Shown: piece by piece, positions 56,001 to 64,000 of the stretch
Layout: every line of letters begins with the position of its first letter
Numbering within the stretch: the stretch's first letter is position 1
Assembly: GCA_964016885.1 (NCBI GenBank)
Contig: OZ024741.1
Coordinates: 300,328,001-300,392,000 of the forward strand
From: Eledone cirrhosa
Taxonomy: Eukaryota
DNA: 64,000 nucleotides
Direction of reading: 5' to 3'
The notes under the pieces: model-generated
What the model was told of the DNA's origin: nothing
Database searches by the model: none
Seen by the model: only the letters and a program-made list of their open reading frames with translations
Made by a program: the position numbers and the translations under genes

Positions 56001-56890
56001 AACGTAAAATAAGAAAATTATAGTGATTAGCTTACTTAATTAAATTTCACTCCAACTAATTAGTTTCTGAAAGGGAATATAGATAGTCTCCAAATGGAGA
56101 CCATGGTGAACCCTGATGAAGAAAAGGTTTCTCCATGATCTCCATTTGGAGATATGTATATTCCCTTTCAGAAACTAATAAGTTGGAGTGAAATTTAATT
56201 AAGTAAGCTAATTACTATAATTATTTTATTTTACGTTTTTCATATAATTGTTCTGCATCCCCTTGCATTGAACCACAAAGTAACTAAGACAGAACCTATA
56301 TATTTGCTTCCATAGGTATACATCTGTATATATATATATGTTGGTAAATATACTAATTCTTTATAATTATCTCCAAATTATTTTGTTGAGTAAAAATTTG
56401 CCAAAATTACTACTATGGTTCTAGCTTGGCTACTGTCTTTTTAACACCCACTCATCACTGATTAACCTCGATGTCACGTGATGGATTCTTTTGAATTTGC
56501 CACCGAACAAGAAGGCAGTGATTTTTTCTGTGTCTTGGAATTTAGTCCCTGCTTGCTCTTTTCCATCCACTGAATTAGTATTTTTGTATAAGTTCCCTGT
56601 GTCCGCGTATCGCCAGGTATCTTAGCTGAGAATGATTCCCTGATGGCGAAAAGGTTTCTCCATGGTCTCCATTTGGAGACTATGTATATTCCCTTTCAGA
56701 AACTAATTAGTTGGAGTGAAATTTAAGTAAGTAAGCTAATTACCATAATTTTCTTATTTTACGTTTTTCATATAGTTGTTCTGCATCCCCTTGCATTGAA
56801 CCACAAAGTTACTAAGACAAAACCTATATATTTGCTTGCATAGGTATACATCTGTATATATATATTGGTAGATATACAAATTCTTTATAT
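55995..56890 (+). mobile_element. Retrozyme-like element: inverted 5' copy plus two tandem HHR-bearing repeats
   Basis: 55995-56112 is inverted relative to 56124-56243; direct repeats 56111-56361 / 56638-56887 (period 527); HHR cores at 56113 and 56640. Confidence 0.8.
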
Positions 56891-56943
56891 ATATATATAT
56901 TCATATATGTATATATATATATAATATATATATATATATATTC

Positions 56944-57012
<69 letters not shown>

Positions 57013-57074
57013 GTATATGTGTATATAATGTATATGTGTATATATATATATATATAATGTATATATACACCCCA

Positions 57075-57636
57075 CACGAAACAAAGTATCATGAAAGTTG
57101 AAGCACCCCAAAGGTCAATTACAAAAAAGATAGTTGGCATGCCATGGCCTTGACTATTGGGGTCGTTTAGAAAAGCTTAAACTTTATTTTCTTCAACGTC
57201 GCCGTGAGCGCTGCATTATCTGTATGATGTGGAAAATATTCCATCAGCTGAGCCCAAATGATGTTGGCATCATCTTTAGTATACACCCAAGGCTTGGGCC
57301 CCATTATATCCGCTCACGACAAAAATCCCACTCGCATCACATAACAACAATACGGCACAATTATTTCACCTCAATTGGCCCTGCACTTTTAACATTACAC
57401 CAAAACACATCAAAGCCGAGACAGACCCCATCAAGTTAAAGATGTCTTTGGATAAATTCCTTCAAGAAATCCCAGATAAGCCTCCTACACTCGGATATGT
57501 CTCCGTAAACAATAACTCTCTTCTCGAGTGGGCCATGGTGCCCAAACACTTATTTGTAAGACTTCGCCAGGTGGTGCTATTAAGTTAGACATGGCCTGGG
57601 CCAATGCTGGCCGAAACCTATCAAATTTATCAAAGT
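57075..57636 (+). mobile_element. CR1/L2-group LINE 3' fragment
   Basis: [45 protein letters not shown]; inserted in (TA)n. Confidence 0.85.
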
Positions 57637-57655
57637 TATATATATATATATACAC

Positions 57656-57785
<130 letters not shown>

Positions 57786-57790
57786 AACAA

Positions 57791-57880
<90 letters not shown>

Positions 57881-57925
57881 TATATATATATATACACACA
57901 TATGAATATATATATATATATATAG

Positions 57926-59111
57926 AAATTACATGAATCAAAGTTCTGTTCAAACCATTTATTAGCTTACAATTGTTTCGTCCAAACCGAGGTTTGGAGT
58001 CTTCGGAGCAATTTGTCAATGATTGTTTACATACATGACCTCCTTTCCAACACAAGAGACATACAGAAACATATGTATATATCGATGCACAGTGAGTGAC
58101 ATCCATTATAATATTTTAGCATGGCAATTTACATTCAAAAATTAAAATCATATTAAAAGAAAATGAAAACAAAATTAAAGTTAAAATACAATATCGGCAG
58201 TTTACGAAGATAATGCAAGAGGATAGTTTGAAGTAGTTAGTGTATGCAATAGTTACACGTGGGGCATGCACATGTGTCTTATTTATATAAGATTATTGTA
58301 CGGCAAGGTGTTATATGCAATAAGAGCACATTAAGCGGGCAATCAATGATATTATGGGGGTTGTATTGGTAAAGTATTTTTTATGTATGATAAAGAAGCT
58401 TGTGCGCAGAGAAATATTAAAAATGAGAAGCAAAATAATGTTATGGTTTTCGTATACACCACCATTTTCACAAACCAGGAAACGTAATATATAGATTATA
58501 TGTCCTTCACATAATCAACGATGATACAGTATTGGATGCTTGATGTATTAGGTTAGATAATTACAGCTTGTTGTTCTTTAATCCAATTTTATAGAGCAGG
58601 TTGTTTTCGTTGCGAGAGTTTACATTGCATACACTAACTACTTCAAACTATCCTCTTGAATTATCTTCGTAAATTGCCGATGTTGTATTTTAACTTTAAT
58701 TTTGTTTTCATTTTCTTTAAATATGATTTTAATTTTTGAATGTAAATTGCCATGCTAAAATATTATAATAGATGTCACCCCACTGTGGCATCGATATATA
58801 CATATGTTTCTGTATGTCTCTTGTGTTGGAAAGGAGGTCATGTATGTAAACAATCATTGAAAAATTGCTCCGAAGATCCAGACCTCGGTTTGAACGAAAC
58901 AATTGTAAGCGAATAAATGGTTCGAACAGAACTTTGATTCATGTAATTTATATATAACTGCTCTGTAGAACAACAGATGTTATTACATTGAGCTATTTAT
59001 CTTACTGGTAATAAGGTAGTAATAAATTACTGTCTTTCACTGTTTAGGGTTTGAAATATATATAACTATAAACAGTTTTAGTATATACATAACCATAAAT
59101 AGTATCCTTAA

Positions 59112-59115
<4 letters not shown>
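57926..59115. mobile_element. Fold-back element with ~325-bp inverted arms and an HHR-like motif
   Basis: Arms 57926-58250 / 58624-58949; gct-CCGAAGA..GAAA-caattg-TA-agc at 58867-58910. Confidence 0.8.
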
Positions 59116-59154
<39 letters not shown>

Positions 59155-59176
59155 TATGTGTATATATATATATATA

Positions 59177-59365
59177 ATTGTTTCTACTTTTGGCACAAGA
59201 CCAGCAATTACCCAGTGTATTACTGGTACTTTATTTTATCGACCCCGTAAGGATGAAAGACAAAGTTAACCTCGGCGGGATTTGAACTCAGATTGGCAGG
59301 GCCGTAACTCAATGCGTAAAAGCATGGCGTCCGACCCTCTACCGATACTGCCAATCCACCGCCCT
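59177..59365 (-). mobile_element. tRNA-derived SINE (same family as 11110)
   Basis: Near-identical to 11898-12084. Confidence 0.85.
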
Positions 59366-59519
59366 GTATATATATATTTAATGTATATATATATATTCAT
59401 ATGTGTATATATATATATATATATAATGTATATGTGTATATATATATTGTATATATATATACATTATATATATATATATATATACATAATAATAATATAT
59501 ATATATATATATAAATTAA

Positions 59520-61740
59520 TAAAATAATGAATAAACAAAGAAACAGTTCCTTATATTAAAAAAATTCATCATTTTACGATCGTTTCTAGGATATATATGT
59601 GTTAGAGTTGGTATGCATATTCTATAGATCTATGTACAATATTTATAAAAAACTATCAGAGGGAATATACATACCTACACATATATATGCTGTCTTCAGA
59701 AATAATGATATTTGTTTATTGAAAAAAGCAAAGATTCAATACAATAGGTCTGTTTGGGAACAGGTTTTGAATTGACCAATCAGGAGATAGTGAGGGTTAA
59801 GATAGTAATATAGTAGTAGAAGAAACTTAAATTATAGGTAGAGGAAGGTAGATTTCAGTTTTGGATGGAAAAGAGTATTATGAATGAAGGAATATTTTAG
59901 GGAAGAAATAGGTCTTATACTGACCTCAGAAATAATTTTATTTGTTCATTGAATAAAACCAATAAATATCTAATATATTCTGTCTGTATGGTAAGAGGTT
60001 TAGAATTAACCAATAGAAAGTTAATAATTGGCCAAATGGTAAAATAGTAGTAATTGAAGCTTATTTTAGGGGTGAAAATAGGTCAGGTGGTCAGTCAAAG
60101 GTATACAAGTAGTTGCTGTTATAAAATAGTAATGCCAATACAAATATCTAAGGTGACCAAAGTTTTAAGATAAGAATGTTAGTGAAAAAAATACATCTAT
60201 GAAAAGAATATAAAATTAATTTAATTGATGGGTATATTTATATTGATAAAATTATACTAATACATATAGATATGATAAATAAGAGTTAGATGCAGTTGAA
60301 AAGTGCTGTTAAAGATGAGAGGAAATTAAAAGAATATAAAAATAATATATATATATATATGCCACGAAACTACGTAGTCGAGGAATTTAGGAACAGTTTA
60401 GGTATGATACATTTTATTACTAATTATATCTAAATGTTTCTTCTCTCTTCATAATGTATATATACCTATATATATATATACATATACATATATATACACA
60501 TACACACATACATATATATATATATATACACTTATATATATATGTATATAGATATATACACACATACACACACACACATACACACATATATATATATATA
60601 TATATATACATATATATATACACACATATATATATATACATATATATATACACACATACATGCACATATACATACATACACATACATATACACACACATA
60701 CACACTTATACACACATATAATTATTGGGGGGGGGGGTTAAATTTATTAGTGAGAAATAGTAAATACATATAGTTTTCAAGGAACATAGAGTCATAACCT
60801 GAAGTTAAAGCATTATATATGTTTACTTAATGGTATCAGTTTTAGGAAATGATATTTGTAAGAAGGAAAGCAAAATTATGTAGTTCATCAGTAGTAGAAT
60901 ATTAATTATAGGTTAACTAAATTAAAAATAGTTTATATATTAATTTCTAAAGTGTATATTAATTAGGTTTATAATATTTAAAGCAGAATTATGTAGTTCA
61001 TCGGTAGTAGAATATTAATTATAGGTTAACTAAATTAAAAATAATTTATATATTAATTTCTAAAGTGTATATTAATTAGGTTTATAATATTTAAAGGTTT
61101 TTCTCAGTTTATGATTACACGATATTATTAATTCCTGTCGCTTATTTAATAGGGTATCCTTAGATTTCATTATTTCGAAAAGTTCTTGGGAACATAATCT
61201 ACATTCATTTCTACTATTTTGATAAGGGGTGTCCCTTTTGAGCACACTCCAGGTCAGGTCATATTCTATATTCCTCTTTCTATAACTATTAATTATTTCA
61301 GCTAGAGATGTTGTATTAGCTAGTGAGGCATTTTTAAAACTATGTTTGTGGGTATTAAATCTTACCTTAAAATTGTTAGAGGTAGCTCCTATATATGAAT
61401 AAATTGAGTCCTTAGTGTTAACTTTACATTTATATACTATGTTATTCACAAGGCAATTTCCTTTTAATGGACAGTTTGCCTTGTTTCTACAGTTACAACT
61501 TTTCGTGAATCCTGTATCTGAGGAGATATTATGGTTAGTTTGATGTACTGGTGGTATACTCATGTTTTTTTACACTTATATGCATTATAGGCACTTATAT
61601 TTTGTTTTATGTTCTTGGTTGTTGAGTAAGAGAATTTAACCGTTGATCTATTTAAGGTTTGATGGTATTTGTGGTTTGGCGGGAAGTTTTTCTCTAGGAT
61701 ATTAAAGAATTTTTTAGGTATATTATTCTTAATTTGTATA
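59520..61740 (-). mobile_element. 5'-truncated Penelope-like element (GIY-YIG) with HHR in the 3' pLTR
   Basis: ORF 61072-61563 CNCRNKANCPLKGNC..IVYKC..YIGAT..CRLC..KTFKYYKPN; HHR at 59567-59707. Confidence 0.85.
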
Positions 61741-61772
61741 TATATATATATATGTGTGTTTATGTATACATG

Positions 61773-61828
<56 letters not shown>

Positions 61829-61833
<5 letters not shown>

Positions 61834-62221
61834 TAAGAGGAATTCCAACTTTGTCTGATTTACTCGTTTTATTTACAATCCTTTAAAATATATATATTAT
61901 GGTATTATAATGAAATAGTATGATAGAATATTAAATTATAAGTGTTAATTGAACAAGTACTTTCATGCTTTCGCAATCTTCAGGTTCATGATATGTGGTG
62001 ACAGTCGAGTTTGCAATTTTCAACTGTTGAAAATTGCAAACTCGACTGTCACCACATATCATGAACCTGAAGATTGCGAAAGCATGAAAGTACTTGTTCA
62101 ATTAACACTTAGAATTTAATATTCTATGATACTATTTCATTATAATACCATATTATATATATTTTAAAGGATTGAAAATAAAACGAGTAAATCAGACAAA
62201 GTTGGAATTCCTCTTATTAAT
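61829..62221. repeat. ~390-bp palindrome (1-nt loop at 62025) with an HHR in each arm
   Basis: tgaac-CTGAAGA-ttgc-gaaa-gcat-GAAA-gtac-TT-gttca at 62062-62100, mirrored at ~61950-61988. Confidence 0.9.
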
Positions 62222-62274
62222 ATAATCTTCTATACACAATCATACACACACGTGTATATTTACCTATCTATATC

Positions 62275-62316
<42 letters not shown>

Positions 62317-62341
62317 AGTGTGTATACATGTATATTATCTA

Positions 62342-62383
<42 letters not shown>

Positions 62384-62573
62384 TGAGTCTTGCTTGCTCC
62401 GCTTATCTCAATTTTATAGTTCTGGTATGTCAAATTAATACCATAGAACAACCACTGTATCATAGACACCCTATATATTTCCAGGGGTACTTAGTACCTG
62501 TGGGTATATTGATCTATTTTTATGTATATATATATATATATATAGTTATGTAATAAACAACATAAGATAATTA

Positions 62574-62633
62574 TTTCATTTACCAGTGGTTTTTTGAAAG
62601 CAACCAAAATTGCCTTCATTCATCAGAATGAAA
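62574..62633 (-). ncRNA. Hammerhead-like motif (G12 mutated)
   Basis: tttcatt-CTGATGA-a-tgaaggcaa/ttgctttca-aAAAA-ccactgg-TA-aatgaaa. Confidence 0.65.
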
Positions 62634-62879
62634 AAATCCTGGTGTCTTTATTGACAGTGGACTTGAAAAAAAAAATTATAACAGATATGAAAGTGAGGCG
62701 GGCGAGAAAAAAAAAGGGGGGGGGCATAATAATAAATAAGAATATATAACAACACACACGTACACACACACACGCACACACGCACACACACTCACATATA
62801 CACACATATATGCATATGCATATATACATATATACACGCATATATACAGATATATATATATATACACAGAGATACATAT

Positions 62880-62913
<34 letters not shown>

Positions 62914-63262
62914 CCATCATAAAAACACCAACAGACACATATATATATATATACATATATATATACATGTACACACATACATATATATATAAATATACAT
63001 ATATATATATACATATATATACATACACATACATACATATATATACACACACACATACATACACACATATATACACACATGCATACGTACTCACATATAA
63101 AAGGATACATATGCATACACACAAATAAGAATAAATAATCATAATAGGCCGTCAAATACAAATAAGCAAATAAAAAATAAGGATTAAGAAAATAAAAAAT
63201 AAAAAATATTATTAAGATGACAGCGATACAAGACAGCAAAATTTAAAATAAAAATAAAGATA

Positions 63263-64000
63263 TTAATAATAATAATAATGTTTTTTTTTTTCTTTATTAA
63301 CCACAAGGGTTTACATAAAGTAGACATTAAGGACAGTACAGGACAATACAGTACGGTAAAAATGGGCATTTTTGCGTGTAAAAAAAAACAGAGGATGTAA
63401 TAAAATAGCAAAGAAAAATTCCCCAATAACTTCCGAGGGACATTTGTGGAGAAAGACCATTAAAAGATCACAGTGACCCTGACCACCAGGGCAAGTGCCC
63501 TCTCCCTGTTTTCCACCTTTAATTTACAGACACATACTCAGAGAAGGCCCATTCATTCGGGCCATACTTGCTCCTCTCACCCATCTTTCAACAAAATGCT
63601 GGGAAGAGAGCACTTCCCTCTCTACCCTGATTTTCCTTTTCAAATGAAATTTAAAAAAGTTAATCAGGGCATCAGCGAAGAGGTAAGTGCTTATCTTCAG
63701 CCCTTTCAAACGTGTCCACCATACTATCTCTTTCGCCATGGGCCGCAGACAGATAAAAACTGCCTGCCCTTCCCGGCTAAAGGAAGGGGGCGGGGCAATC
63801 CTCACGATGGACTCAGCTGATAGCTGGATCCGTCCTACACGTGACAGCAGGTGTTCGACATAAACCCACAAGTCAGCAATGCTCGGACACTGGACGAGTG
63901 CGTGCAGGACGGTTTCGTCGCCCTCTGCGCATCTTGGACATGCCCGGCTGACGGCACCTCCATGCCTGTAGAGTTTATCCCGAACTGGCAAAGCTCCCCC
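63263..64000 (-). mobile_element. Tx1/L1-like LINE 3' end (same family as 1-603)
   Basis: ORF 63524-63991 CPRC..HALVQC..AKEIVWWTRLKG; shared 3'UTR; (TAA)n at 63263-78. Confidence 0.88.

Noticed and set aside
60360-60385. GAAACTACGTAGTC, an HHR 3' half
   Set aside because: No 5' core upstream, only (TA)n

Overview
This is a eukaryotic, AT-rich window dense in (TA)n/(CA)n microsatellites, with no supportable host protein-coding exon. The SINE and microsatellite content suggests a mollusc, possibly a cephalopod (inference only). It is almost entirely nested transposable elements. These include Tx1/L1-like LINEs at both ends, a Chapaev3-type (CMC) DNA transposon with TIRs and a 3-bp TSD, decayed HERO-, RTE-, CRE- and CR1-like LINEs, two Rep/PIF1 Helitrons plus non-autonomous Helitrons, tRNA-SINEs, and many Penelope-like element (PLE) pieces. 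The most distinctive signal is about ten families of hammerhead-ribozyme (HHR) motifs found by eye. They lie in retrozyme-like tandem repeats and in long fold-back palindromes inserted into (TA)n. Several have non-canonical cores (U3:A8 covariation, U4A, U4C, A13C) or ~90-110 nt stem II insertions, and one rides inside a non-autonomous Helitron. Coordinates were read by hand, and family assignments come from motif recognition, not database searches.
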